Positions 36,481-48,960 of a stretch of DNA of 64,000 nt are shown here, one piece after another (the stretch's first letter is position 1; each line of letters opens with the position of its first letter). The notes beneath the pieces were generated by a model. That model had not been told where the DNA came from. It was given only the letters and a program-made list of their open reading frames with translations, and made no database searches. The position numbers and the translations under genes were made by a program. The stretch comes from Camelus dromedarius (Eukaryota): the NCBI RefSeq assembly GCF_036321535.1, contig NC_087436.1, forward strand, positions 80,664,001 through 80,728,000, written 5' to 3'.

Positions 36481-38704
36481 AAGAGAGAGAACGTTTTCCA
36501 ATAAAAGTGAATTTTAAAAAACCTCATTTCCTCTAAAAATTTTTCCATTCCCTGAATGGAATAAGTTAACTATAAAATCTTAAAATTCATTTAAATTTGT
36601 TGTGTCTCTTTGATACCATGTTCAAAGTAAGAAAAAATAGCAGATGGTGATATCTGTTAGAATATAAACCCAATAAGGGATAAGACTGTCATTTTTCTGG
36701 ATGCAGGAAGTGCCTAATTTAGTGTCTCAAATATTATGAAAGTCCTTGGCAAATCACATTTGTTAGTAAAGCCCACACTTCAACTTTCCCAGCTACTGAG
36801 CCTTACCACATAAATATGCTGCAATTTAAGAACTCCCTTTACGGATGGAACTGAAATTCTCATCTTTAGTCAAAGTGAAAATATGCTGTTTATAAAAACA
36901 TTTAAAGCTGAATGATCACCAACCAAACAGCTTGCAAGGGAAGGCACATATAATCAGATTGCGTGCATATATGTATACACAAATATGCATATGCACATAT
37001 TCTACATGTGTCTATTATAAACGCTCATGCTTATAAAAGAAAACAATAGCCTGATTATTTTCAAAACATCTTTTGGGAGAAAAGGATATTACCCAGGCAC
37101 CCTTCAAGGATGGCACAGATGGTAAGTAGTGACTGATTATGAAGAAGTGCATGTTATCTATACAAGGTCGGGCGAAACAAATCTTTGAGCCATTTCAGTG
37201 CTAGGATGAAGGCAATTGCAATGCAAATGTGAGACGGAAGGAGGAGGCAGCAATTACTGAGGGTGGACTGCCCGTGGTCAAATGATTATCAACATTAACC
37301 CTGTCTGCAGAGGCAGGAGAGGGAGGTGGCACTCAGCTCTTTTTCACTTTCTCTTGCCAACCTACAAGGGATCAGTGGTGGGGTGGGTGGCACCTTCAAC
37401 CGCTTCTGTTTGGCTGCTTTTACATCCTGTGAAAGGAGAAGGAAAGGGAATCAGCAGGTGGGTTTACAGGAACAGTTTCATAAGCTGCAGACTGGATGCT
37501 ATTTCTACTATAATTAGCCCCAGGGGGCTACTTTTTCCCTTTCTTCCCTCCTTTGGGTTTTGCTAGCTAATGCCCAAAATGTTGACCCTTCACTCTGCCC
37601 TCAAAGAGGCCCTTCTGCCAGGGCTGGTGGCTACAGCCTTCAGCCACACACACTCAGAAATCAGTATTTCTTGAACTAGTGTGCACCTTTTTGTGTGGGC
37701 TTCATGGTTTCGGTGGTTGTTCTTTTCTTATTTGGACATCCATAGTCATAAAAGTGGTTATGAGGGCCAACTGAAAGTTGCCAGTTCTACTCGAGCCCTC
37801 CGTGGTGCTTGCTGCCTGGTTCATAAATTATCATTGTTTTCAGGTGGTCAGGGGATCATTTGCTGCTCTTGGGGTGGGGGAACCCTATAATGAAACAAGT
37901 CTCCATAAAGAGTATCACCTCTTGTAACATATTATTAATGTTGTTACTGGTGAAATTATTAGAGCCACAGTCTCAACTAGACAAAATCATTGAAGTTTAG
38001 GAAATGAACTGCCTTTTGATTTTAGTAAAAGAGAAAAGCTTTTTTATCTTGTTATCTTGTCATTGCTTTGTAGTTTTTGAAAATGTAATTTCCGTGAAAA
38101 TGCATAGTTCCCTAAGGCTAGCAGAGATGAGTAAATAACAAGAGGACATTTCTTTCTTTCTTTTGATAGAAGTTTTACTTGGTATGCTTTGTTAAAACTT
38201 TGTAAAAGATATACAGTGATGTTTGGAATTTTAAGAGCATCTACTTTTTAAACAGTTTGTAGAAACTTATTTTCATGGAGTAGGATTTTTGCTTGTGCAA
38301 GACTATTCAAATGTATTTCCATGGTAATAGGATAAAAAATATTGAATATAGGTTAGTTAAATCTGATTATTAAAAGAAAATACCTACTCATGTATTTTGG
38401 GGTATACCAGTTTTTAGTATCTCTTTCCCCTTAGAAACACTCATACCTCATTAATTTGGATGATATTAATTAGCAATTTGCCGCAGTTTAGGCTGGATGA
38501 AATTTTTCTAGCCCAATCTTAAATCAATAGCAGAGTAAATAGGTTAAGAAAACAAGATTGTAGAAGGAATGTTTCAAAAAATTATGAGAATATACTTTTC
38601 TTAACTATTCTCTTATTCTCTACCAAGAAATAATTTGGAAGCATATTTGCATTCAAACAAGCCGGTGGTTATGGGCTTTCTACTTTACCGACTATTGAGT
38701 GACA

Positions 38705-39280
38705 CTTCATTCAACAAATACGTATTGAAAATCTGTCTTGTCCCAGGAACTGTGCTAAGCACTAGAGATATCAGAATGAATCAGAGAGATCCCTACTTTC
38801 GGAGAGCTCAATGTCTAGTGACGTGTCAGATAGGAAGCAAATAAATCACAATAAAAGTAGTTAATGTTCTTGTATGTTTATGAACAAATTGTGCAGGTCA
38901 CTGTTTATAAGAATCAAAAAGGCTTAAAGATTTACTTAGCAGGTGATATTTAAGTTGGGTTTTGAGGGGAGGAGTAGGAGGTTTTGGGGTAATGAAGAAA
39001 CAAATAGTACCCTGAGCAGAAGGAATAAGGAGGTCAGAAGCCCAGAGCTGTGAGATGTCCTCTGTGTGTGTGTGTGTGTGGACCTGGGATGTCTGAATGG
39101 CTCTGAGGGTCTGATGTGTTGACCTGGTGTGTCCTTGTGGGAAACAACTCAGACCGTGTGTGGGTGTGACAAGGGTTAGTGATGGTGGAGCAGCAAGAGA
39201 CAAGGCTGGAAAGGTAGGCTGGGACCCTCGACCTCTGCCCTCAGAGGCACTGTGGGAGTTAAGCAGCAGGCCAACGGAGG
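38705..39280 (-). mobile_element. L2 3' end fragment
   Basis: TTCATTCAACAAATACGTATTGAAAATCTGTCTTGTCCCAGGAACTGTGCTAAGCACTAGAGATA...GGTGATATTTAAGTTGGGTTTTGAGG. Confidence 0.7.
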
Positions 39281-41744
39281 AGGCACTGAACTTCACCATT
39301 ACTGAGGTTTTCTGAGCTACTTTATATAGAATGGTGTAATAATACCTACCTCTCAGGACTAATGGGAAAATAAATTTAGGAAAAACATGAAAAGTGCCCA
39401 AGAACCCACCTGGTTCATAGTTAACTTGAGTACTTTCCTTTCCTTCTTAAAATGCTATTTATAGGGATCCTCCAGGAACTCTTTTTATAAGTGAACGAAT
39501 GCCCTAACTGTATCTTTTTGTTTGTCTGTTTTGTAAATATGATTTATGGCCTGGATTATCCATAAATTGTTAATAACCTCCCAAATTTCTTTGATTAGAG
39601 AAACATGAGTGCAAAATCTGGAAATTAGAGGACTTGGATATTTAGGCTGAGTTAGATCTATCATTCGGATGCTGACTGGATTTAAACTCACACAAAGTTT
39701 TTGTAAAACTTCCTCTTAGCCTTTTTTTTTTTTTTAAAGTGGAAATAACGTATTTCCAAGCTAGTACCTATGGAAATTTTTGAAGGATACATTAAATAAC
39801 GTATGTAAAAGTGATTTGAAGAAATCCATATAAAGTAATAATAACAATACTCCACAAAGTCTTTAACTAGGTTGAAGTGGGTTAAGTTTTTAAAATTCTT
39901 AATAACTTAACATATTTCAATAATTTCTTGAGATAGAAATCTCTGGATGAAAATGCAATTGTCTGAAAGTTTTGACTACTTTCTTAAAGATGATAAATAC
40001 TCAGTTCCAAACTTAGTTTAGAAATTAATTCTTTTTCATTTGATCTACTTATGCTAAGTGGTAGAACTAGGACAATGGTTTTCATATTATTTTTTTAAAT
40101 CCCAAGTCTCTTAGTATGTTGGCCAAGATCATTGGTCAGTTCTATAGTAGTTGGCACATCTCGTAACAGCTATTTTCAAAATAGTCCTAAATTCTTAGGG
40201 AATTATGTTAATTGTTTCTTATCATACAAAAGAGTTAATTTCTGATATGTAATCTTATGATAATAATGAGGATTGATAAAGTCCACGGTTACCGCGATGC
40301 AGCTTTGCTGATGTTACACATTTACGTGGATCCTTACTAGTTGCTCTGTTTCACTTGGTTTCATGAGTAGCAGAGTTCCCTTTCTGGGTGTGGTTTTATG
40401 TCCTTGATTGCTGCCGTACATATGTCTGTTCACCTCGTGAAACTGCTTGTGTTGCTGCAAGTGAGGCTATAACCAGGGCATTTTAGGATGTGAACTGTAG
40501 TTATATCCAGTGATCAGTTTATAGAGGAGTAATTACCCAGATTTACACTTGACAACCATATGAATGGTGCATGCGAACAATTCCTTTTTTTTTAGCTTTC
40601 TTATGTGATATGCAGGGTATTTTAGTTGTTATGTTTAGATGTTGTAAAAAAACAAGTTGCCATTATTCCATGGCCACAGTACCTTTTAGAATTTGCTTGA
40701 AACTTTTATAATGCAGTAAAATAGTATCGTAGTTTATGTATTGCTTTAATTTCATTGCTTTTACTGAGAGGTTTTAATATTATCTCCACAGGAAAACAAA
40801 ATGTTTTTCAACAAAATGATAATAACATTAGTAGAAGTAATATCAACAGTCATCATTGTTTTTGTGAAGTGAGTTTAGTAGCAAACCCTAGCCATCTAAA
40901 TTAGCATATTTTGTTGTAACATAAAAGAGAAACTGTGAGGAAGTATCTCAATAATTTATATGCAATATATTTGTTTTATTATTCACCTCTGAGGTCTCTT
41001 GTAATTTGACCTCTGTGGTAGCGATAAATGTTAGAATAAACAAGATCATAAGAATATTTACCTAAGGCAACACATAACTTTAGAATCAATTTTAATGTTT
41101 ATATTATAGTAATAAAATACGAAAAATCTTGTTATGCTAATGACTTCAAATGGTAATTACAAATCATTACGAATTATTATTAGATGCTGATTAAATCTTG
41201 AATTTGACCCCAATTTTTTAACTTTATGTTCTGAAATGAAGACAACTCTCACTTTAAGGGATTCTATTCTGTCTCCATATGATGGTGACAGAATTTCCTA
41301 AAAGGAAAATAAAAATTTTCTAGAAGGAAATTGATTGCTAAAATATACATTCGATAATGTTGAATACTTTTCCTGATCTTTGACAGATAGTGAATGAGCA
41401 TTAATTGAGTGTCTTCTCCAGGCCCAACCCTATTCTAGGCATGGAGGATGTAGCAGTAAGCCAATTAAAGTTGCTGCTTTTATGAGCTTATGTTCTATAG
41501 CTGAATGGTCTACTGTCAAACATTTGCCAAAACCCCAATTTATGGAAGGATTGTTTGAACTACCATAATGATCAGCTGTTTTCCCAAGGGAAAACTCTGA
41601 CCAGTGGTTGATTTCAGAGCCCTGCATTTTTAATGACATGCAAGTTGCATTCAGAATTAGGTCACAACCATGCGGTCATGCTGGAGAGGCTCTGTGGACC
41701 CTATGGAATGAGAATTGCTCATCAGAGCTCTGGATGGTCTATGT

Positions 41745-41922
41745 CAGTGGTTCTTCAACTTTAGAAGACATACGGAAACAATTTTGGAACTTGTCAAATG
41801 CAGATTCCTGACCCTATGTGGAGAAATTCAGATTCAGAGAGGGGCTTAGGCATCTGCATTTTTAACAAGCAACAGGTGGTTGTGATGATGGTGGTGCCAC
41901 GATCATAGTTTGAGAAACACTT
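41745..41922. mobile_element. MER5A/B-like hAT MITE
   Basis: CAGTGGTTCTTCAAC...CTTGTCAAATGCAGATTCCTG...CATCTGCATTTTTAACAAGC...TTTGAGAAACAC. Confidence 0.75.
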
Positions 41923-42637
41923 GTATTTAGATTGAATGTATGTGGCCTTTACTAATGTTATAAGTTTAATCTAATTATTATTAATTACTACTAAAATTAT
42001 AAACTTATAGACAGCCTTAGCTGTTCATTGGTGTAGATGAGATATATGTCTTATCTGAGAAATTAGTTTTAGCATGAGATGTAGGAAATGCTTACTTTCT
42101 CTGGGGAATTAGAGTATTTTATCATGGTTGATAATATCAAATGTGTAGTTGACTGTGCTTCCCTTTCCATTTTGACATTCAGGTAGCTTTGTATCAAATT
42201 GATAACTGAAAAATAGTCACAAATTAGATCATCACAGATATTCTGATTTCCATCACACCACCCTCCCTTCATACCACCAAAGTCGCTAATTGTCTCTTCC
42301 AACTTATATTTCTCTGTGGTTCTGATGACAAATGTCTATTCATATCTAGCAATTGCACTTCTATGAACAGCCCCAAATACTCTGTGAAATGAGATATGTT
42401 ATAAGCAAAATACTTCATAATTCAGACTTTTATTGATACAAACAAGTATTTCTTCAAATTTAGTCTAATTTAAGTATCACTATGCTAAAGAGAAAAGCTT
42501 GTTTCCTCATTTGGCTGTAATTATATTTTTGAAATTTGTATTCATTTAGGAAATACTGAGAATGTGGTTAATAAATATTAGCATTTGTAATAATCATCAT
42601 GCCGGGAATACTTGATTATGCAAATGTGATATGAAAC

Positions 42638-42870
42638 AGGCAGTGCACTGAAGAAGAGAGTCCTGGACCAAGAATCAGGAGCCTGGGAGTTAGTCCTAGC
42701 TCTGTTTATTTTAATGACATGAAAGTTGCATTTGGAATTAGCATGTGGTCATGGTGATTATATAGCTGTAATAATCACCTTATGACTCTGGAAAAAATAC
42801 AACCTCTTTGAACCTCTGTTTTTCTGCCATGAAATCACATGGTTTTGAGTAAATAATTTCTGAGTTCTTT
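42638..42870 (+). mobile_element. MIR SINE carrying a ~65-bp non-MIR insertion
   Basis: GAAGAGAGTCCTGGACCAAGAATCAGGAGCCTGGGAGTTAGTCCTAGCTCTG [insert] ...TGACTCTGGAAAAAATACAACCTCTTTGAACCTCTGTTTTT. Confidence 0.65.
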
Positions 42871-43518
42871 TAAGGCTTATTTGCAAATTATTATAATTTC
42901 CTTAAGATTTATATGATATAAATTCTTTTTAAGTATGACTTTTAAAAAACAGGTAAATGCATATATTTAAATGGGATTTTTTTTTTAAGTTGGAAAATCC
43001 ATTCTCAAGACTTGGTCCTGACCTTAAGCAACAGGCCAGACTCAGTTTTGTGTATGTTGCTTCTTAAACATGAGACTGAAAGCACAGATAAAGTGTTGCT
43101 GATACCCCTCCCCCTGTCTATTTCACAGTACCTCTACGAAGGAGGATAGGGGTATGTGTACATATACTATCAAGAAAATGAAATTATTTTCAGACAGATA
43201 CAAAGCCTTCATCTCCAAATTGGTCTCAGTACCATTCCCCTCTCTTCCCCTGTATCCTTTCTACTTTCTACACACTCAGTCTTGCTCACTCACTTGATTC
43301 TTCAGGATAAACCTGAGTTGGAGATGACAAACTACTGGCATGTTGATTCTCTAATGCTAACTTCTGTGAAACTAAAGTCAGGCTTAAGAATGTTCCTCTC
43401 TCTCTCAATTGCTCACTTAAAAGATTAGGCTTATTAAAACATTTTTTGATCACTAAAAAAGTATGCTTCCATTGTGCAGTGTGATAGCCTTGATGAGAAC
43501 CTCAATGTATTGTGAAAT

Positions 43519-43567
43519 TCAAGGCCCCTTGATAGAATTTGCTGAATATACGATGCGATCTGGTTGC
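43519..43567 (-). CDS. Candidate terminal coding exon of an unidentified minus-strand gene: (R)QPDRIVYSANSIKGP*
   Basis: Strong acceptor TTTTGTTTCTCCTTCTCTAG| on minus; phase-compatible with the exon at 47797-47838; retains CpGs; TGA at 43521-43519. Confidence 0.5.
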
Positions 43568-44149
43568 CTAGAGAAGGAGAAACAAAACATTCGCAGCATG
43601 TACAATGGCAGGAGCATCCTTTTGTTTGCTTCTTCTATGATAAACCTGCAGCAAGTTGAAGCTGTCAGAATATGCCCAGAAGCAGCATGGTTTTCGACAT
43701 CTGGTTAGTAGAAATATCTCTCATCAAGAGCACACAAACCAGAACCAGCACTAATTAGTCTTCTTTTTTTTTTTCTCATTGCACTGGGACAACAGGAATT
43801 ATCATCAACAAGAATGGCCATCAGATATTTTATTAACATGTGCATGTTCTTTGTCAAGCTTATAGTTCTTAAGAAATGTTTGTCTCAGATAGTGTAGTCC
43901 TAGGGAGGAGCACAAATAATTGTGGCAGAAATTTATGGCCCATTTTTTCTCACATAGACATTCCATAAAAGATATTCATCAATGACTAGATAGGAGAATT
44001 TTCCTTAAAGACTGTCAGGAGCTGGTTTTTAGCAGACGAGCTGGGGCAACCACAACTTTCATTCAAAAATTATTTTTCAGTGTATGCATCCCTCATTACA
44101 CTGTGTACAAAGATTTGTAACACATGGTCTCAGCCCTTGGGGAACTGGG

Positions 44150-44600
44150 AGGACAAGGTTATCAATCTGTAAAAGTGGCTAACTTGTGGGGAAAAAACCT
44201 ATAAAGATTATCTTTAACAAAGGCAGTGTAGGAAGTGCTGAAGGAATGATTTAGACAATAAATCCCGAATGTACAGGGTGGACAAATTACTGTGGGTAGG
44301 AGAAATTAGGGAGGGCCTCATTGAGGAAGGTGGACTTCAGCTGGTTGTGATTTTATGGCCATTGAGGAAGGGGAGCAACATTTCATACAAGCAAATAGTA
44401 CCATGTTAAAGTGAGGCCAAGTGGAAATCTAAGGAATAGATCAGACCCACTTTACAGAATTGAGTTTGGTTACTATAGAGGGATTCTGGGAGACAACATT
44501 GGAAAAATAGATTGATGTCAGAGAATGATATCTCCTTTGAAACCTCTCTCAGCAGTTGGAGTTCTGTGATGTAGGTGATGGAGAACATCAACCAAAAAGA
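44150..44600 (-). mobile_element. L2 fragment
   Basis: GGAGAAATTAGGGAGGGCCTCATTGAGGAAGGTGGACTTCAGCTGG... Confidence 0.5.
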
Positions 44601-44647
44601 AAGCAATCATTTAGGAAAACCTAATTGCAAGATACAGGAAGACTAAA

Positions 44648-45135
44648 GTGGAGGTCCTCAAAGTATGGTCCACAGACCCCTGGATACCCCCTAGATTTCT
44701 TTAGGGAATCTGTGAAGTCAAAACTGTGTTGATAATAATACTCAAATATTAACTACCTCTTCCACTATGTTGACATTTGTGCTCATGATACAAAGCAGTG
44801 ATGGGTAAGACAGTGGTGGGTGGCATCTTTGCATGAATCAAGGCAGTGACACCAAATGGTGCTCATAGTCATTAGATTTTTTTGTCCCCACACATTTGCA
44901 GTGCCAGTTTTGCTTAAGAATGTCCTGAAGCTGCAAAAATGATTAATTTTATTGTCTCTTAGTATGATCTGTTTAGTATTCTTTGTGACAAAATGGAAAG
45001 TACGCACAAAGTACTTTGCCGCATACTCAAATATGAGAGTTTTCTTAAGGAAATTCACTTGTTTTGAGGTAAGCTGGCCTAGCCACTTTTTAAATGAAAC
45101 ATCATATCCTTTTTCTCAAGGACTTTATAGTAAAG
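44648..45135 (+). mobile_element. Charlie1a/b hAT DNA transposon 5' part
   Basis: GTCCTCAAAGTATGGTCCACAGACCCCTGG...TGAAGTCAAAACTG...TGTTGACATTTGTGCTCATGATACAAAGCAGTGATGGGTAAGAC...AATCAAGGCAGTGACACCAAA...GAAAGTACGCACAAAG. Confidence 0.8.
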
Positions 45136-45625
45136 TTTAGTGAATTTCTTTTCTTTCATATACTGTCCATTTTGTTTATTGAAAATTTAGTGGGTGAACC
45201 AGAGAATGCTCAAAATATGACTGAAGTAAGATTTCTTGTAACTTTCAAAAATAGTTTTAGTGGAAAATTAGCCTTTTTCATTAAAGAGAGATAGAAGTCC
45301 ATAGAGGGGACGGTACAAAATTATTGAATTAAATAATTTTGGGGGCTTATTTACTATGTTACTTATCTATGCTTTTCTTGTCTCCTGTTGCAGCTGATCT
45401 GAACTTCTTTTTCTAAAGAGTCAAAAAGGTGTCTTTTCAACTTTTTGTTATATTAATATTACTGTCATGAATTAGTTCATCTGTGATAGCATGATAAATT
45501 GTCAGTTTGTATCAGTAAACTTAAAAACCTCAGCTCCACGAATTACATTCCTTCCACAGCCATATGCCCAGAGCACTTTATATGTACACATCTATAAGAA
45601 CATTTTATACATCAATCAGTAGGGC

Positions 45626-47772
45626 TGCTATAGACTGACTTGTGTCCTTCTAAAATCCATATGTTGAAGCCCTAACGTCCAATGTGACTATTTGAAATAA
45701 GGAAGCAATTGAAGTTAAGTGAGGTCATAGGTGTGGGAACTGGATTCAATACAATTAGTGTCTGTAAAGAGGAGACACCAGAGAGCTTGCTTGCTTTTTT
45801 CTGCCGTGTGGGGACACAGTGAAAAGATAGCTATTTGCAAACTAGAAAGAGTAATCTCACCAGAAATTAATCTGCTAGCACCTTGATCTTGGACTTCCTA
45901 GTCTCTAGCACTGTGAGAAATAAACTTCTGTTCTTTAATCTATTCAGTCTGTTGTATTTGTTATAGCAGCCCTTGCTGGCTAATACAGATTTTGATATGG
46001 AGAAATAGAAGTGCTCCTGTAACAAATCTCAGAAATATGGAAGCAGCTTTGGAACTGGGTGATGGGTAGAGGCTGGAGAAGTTTTGAGGTGCATGCTAGA
46101 AAAAGCCTGGATTGCTGTGAAGGGACTGCTGATAGGAATATGGATGTGAAAGGCATTCTGGTGAGGGTGTAGAAAGAAAAGAGAACTGGAGAGAAAGCCT
46201 CATTCTTCTTAGAGAATATGTAAATAATCATAAACGGAATCTTGGTAGAAATATGCATGGTAAAGACCATTCTGGTGAAATGTCACATGGAAATGAGGAA
46301 CATGTTACTGGAAACTGGAAGAAAGGCAATCCCTGTTGTAAACTGGCAAGGAACTTGGCTGAATTATGCTCCAGTGTTTTGCAGAAGGTGGAACCTGCAA
46401 GTGATGAAAATGGATATTTAGCTGAGTTGAATTCTAAGAAAATTATTGAAGGAGGGGCTTGGTTCCTTCTGTCTATCTGTAGCAAAATGTGAGAGGAGGA
46501 AGATGAATTGAAGAAAGAAGTGCTAGCAAAAAGGGAGCAGAGCTTAAAGATTTGAAAAATGTCTCAGCCTGTTTGTATTGCCAAAAGTGAGAAAGTATGT
46601 TCTGAAGAATACCGAAGGTGTATCTGGACTATTACTCAGTAAACAGCCTATAGGATTTGCAAGGAGAAATACTGCTAGTCTGAACTGCAGGGTACAGAGA
46701 TGGGTACAATGAAGGAAAGCTGTCAAGCTTCTTGAATCCTACAGGACAAGATTATAGAGCTGTTTGGGTGTAAACATACACTATTCTTCAAAACAAAAAG
46801 GGGGGGGATGATTTTGAAGACTATTTAGTCTTCATCATCAGGGCTGCCACTCCATCACAGGCCCAGGGGAGGCTTTCTTCCTCAGTTTCAGAGGACAGGG
46901 TCCTGGCAGAGCTATATTGATGGAGCCCTTGCAGGGAGCTCTGTCCTTCCAAGTCAGAGGAGTGGAGCCACCCCACTGAGCTATGGGGGTGATGCTGTCA
47001 TCCCAGTGGGCTTGGAGGGCAGGCATTGAGCCAAAGAGGATTATTCTCAAGATTTAAGAGTTAATGTAATTGGCTTTGCTAGGTTTTGGATTTACCTGGG
47101 ACTTGTCATCCCTTCTCTCTTTCCTATTTTTCTCTTTTAGAATAGGAATGTCTCCCCTGTGCCTGCCCCACCATGGTATTTTGTAAGCACTTAACTTGTC
47201 TGGTTTCACAAGTTCATAGCTGGAGAGGAATTTTGCCTCAGGATGAATAGTGTCTCAAGTCTCTTTCATACCTGATTTAGATATTTAATGAGATTTTGGA
47301 CTTTAGACTTTAGAGTTAATGCGGGAATGAGTTAAGCCCTTTAAGGTTGTTGGAATAAAACAAATATATTTTGCATCTGATAAGGACATGCATTTTGGAG
47401 GGCCATGGCTGAATGCTATGGACTGAGTTGTGTTCCTCCCACATTCATATGTTGAAGTCCTAACCTCTAATGCGATTGTGTTCTGGATAAAGAAATCATT
47501 AAGGTTAATGACATTATGAAGGTGGGACCCTAATCCAATAGGATTAGTGTCCTTATAAGAGGAGATACCAGAGAGCTCACTCTTTCTCTTTTGACACATG
47601 AGAACACAGTGAGAAGGGGGCTGTTTGTAAACCAGGACAAGCGCTCTCACTAGTTACCAAATCCACAAACACCTTGATCTGTGACTTCCTATCCTCCAGA
47701 ACTGTGAGACATAAATTCCTGTTGTTTTAGCTACCCAGTCTGTGGTTACTGCAACCCTATCTGACTAATATA
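45626..47772 (+). mobile_element. Full-length MLT1A-type MaLR provirus (LTR-int-LTR) with 5-bp TSD
   Basis: 5' LTR 45626-45987 (TGCTATAGACTG...CTAATACA); internal region with gag-like remnant WKKGNPCCKLARNLAELC (46253-46492); 3' LTR 47414-47772; AGGGC at 45621-45625 and 47773-47777. Confidence 0.92.
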
Positions 47773-47796
47773 AGGGCCAACAGGTAAAATACTTAC

Positions 47797-47838
47797 CTGT
47801 CAAGGTTGAAAAGAAGGAAATCTGTAATCTTGTTTGTT
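47797..47838 (-). CDS. Candidate 42-nt internal coding exon (phase 2-2): TNKITDFLLFNLD(R)
   Basis: Minus-strand acceptor CATTTGTTCTTAG| and perfect donor CAG|GTAAGTAT; length divisible by 3; splices in frame to 43567; lies in a ~100-nt unique island between a MaLR and an L1. Confidence 0.5.
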
Positions 47839-47874
47839 CTAAGAACAAATGCCAGTTTAAAGGGGATTATTAAT

Positions 47875-48340
47875 ATTTTTTTATTGTGGTAAAAACCACT
47901 TAATATTAAATTTACTATTTTAACCATTTTAAGTGTACAGTTTAGCAGTTTTAAGTATATTCACATTGCTATGCAAAAAATCTCTAGAACTTTTTCATCT
48001 TGGAAAACTGAAACTCTATACCCAACTAAACACTAATTTTTCCTTTCCCAAGGTCCCAGCCCTTGAAAACCACCTTTCTATTTTCTGTTTCCTAGATTTT
48101 GACTACTTTAGATACTTCATATGAGTGGAATCATATAGCATTTGCCCTTTGTAACTGTCTTATTTTGCTTAGCATAATGTCCTCAAGGTTTATCCATGTT
48201 GTAGTGTGTGACAGGACTTCTTTTTCTTTAAAGGCTGCATAATATTCCATTATACATATACACATTTTCTTCATCCATTCATATGCCAAAGGACACCTGG
48301 GTTGTTTTCACCTCTTGGCTATTGTGAATAATGATGAATG
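47875..48340 (-). mobile_element. L1MB-type 3' UTR fragment
   Basis: TTTTTATTGTGGTAAAAACC...TTAAGTATATTCACATTG...GAGTGGAATCATATAGCATTTG...GGCTATTGTGAATAATG. Confidence 0.85.
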
Positions 48341-48494
48341 TAAAGGAGATTATTTATCTATGATTTTAGAGAATATGTTATTTCTAAGGGCAGTGGATTA
48401 TTTTAAGTTTTCATGTCATTGATAATGATGTACAATAAATGCCTGTCAATACTGTGATGATTAAACAGAGATATGAAAGAGGACTTTTTAATTA

Positions 48495-48960
48495 ATTGAT
48501 TTATTTTATTGAGATATATTTGACATGATGTATAAATTTAAGGTTTACAACATTTTAATTTGATGCAATTATGTATTGCAATATGATTGCCATTGTAGTG
48601 ATAATTAGCACCTCTATAATATTACATAATTATCCTTTTTTTAAAGTGGTTGGAATAATGAAATTCTAGTCTCTTAGCAAGTTTGATGATTACAATACAA
48701 CATTGTTGTCTGTATTCACTGTATTGTGCATTATATCTCTAGGGCTTATTTACTACTTGTATGTTTGTACCCTTAAACAACATTTGTCCTGGATCCCTAT
48801 CCCTCATCCCCTGGTAACTACCATTTTATTCTCTGTTTTTATAAGTTTGTTTTTTTTAAAATTCCACATATAAGTGGTATCATACAGTACTTGTCTTCCT
48901 CTGTCTGATTTAGCATAATGCGCTCAAGGTCTATCCATGTTGTCATTGCAAATGGCGTCA
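48495..48960 (-). mobile_element. L1MA9-type 3' UTR fragment
   Basis: TTTTATTGAGATATATTTGACATG...CTCTTAGCAAGTTTG...CCCCTGGTAACTACCATTTTATTCTCTG...GCAAATGGC. Confidence 0.8.

Noticed and set aside
38898..39401. 167-aa minus-strand ORF
   Set aside because: Made of MIR, L2 and (CA)n sequence
47790..47800. ATACTTACCTG identical to the U1 snRNA 5' end
   Set aside because: Only 11 nt match; better explained as the reverse complement of a consensus splice donor
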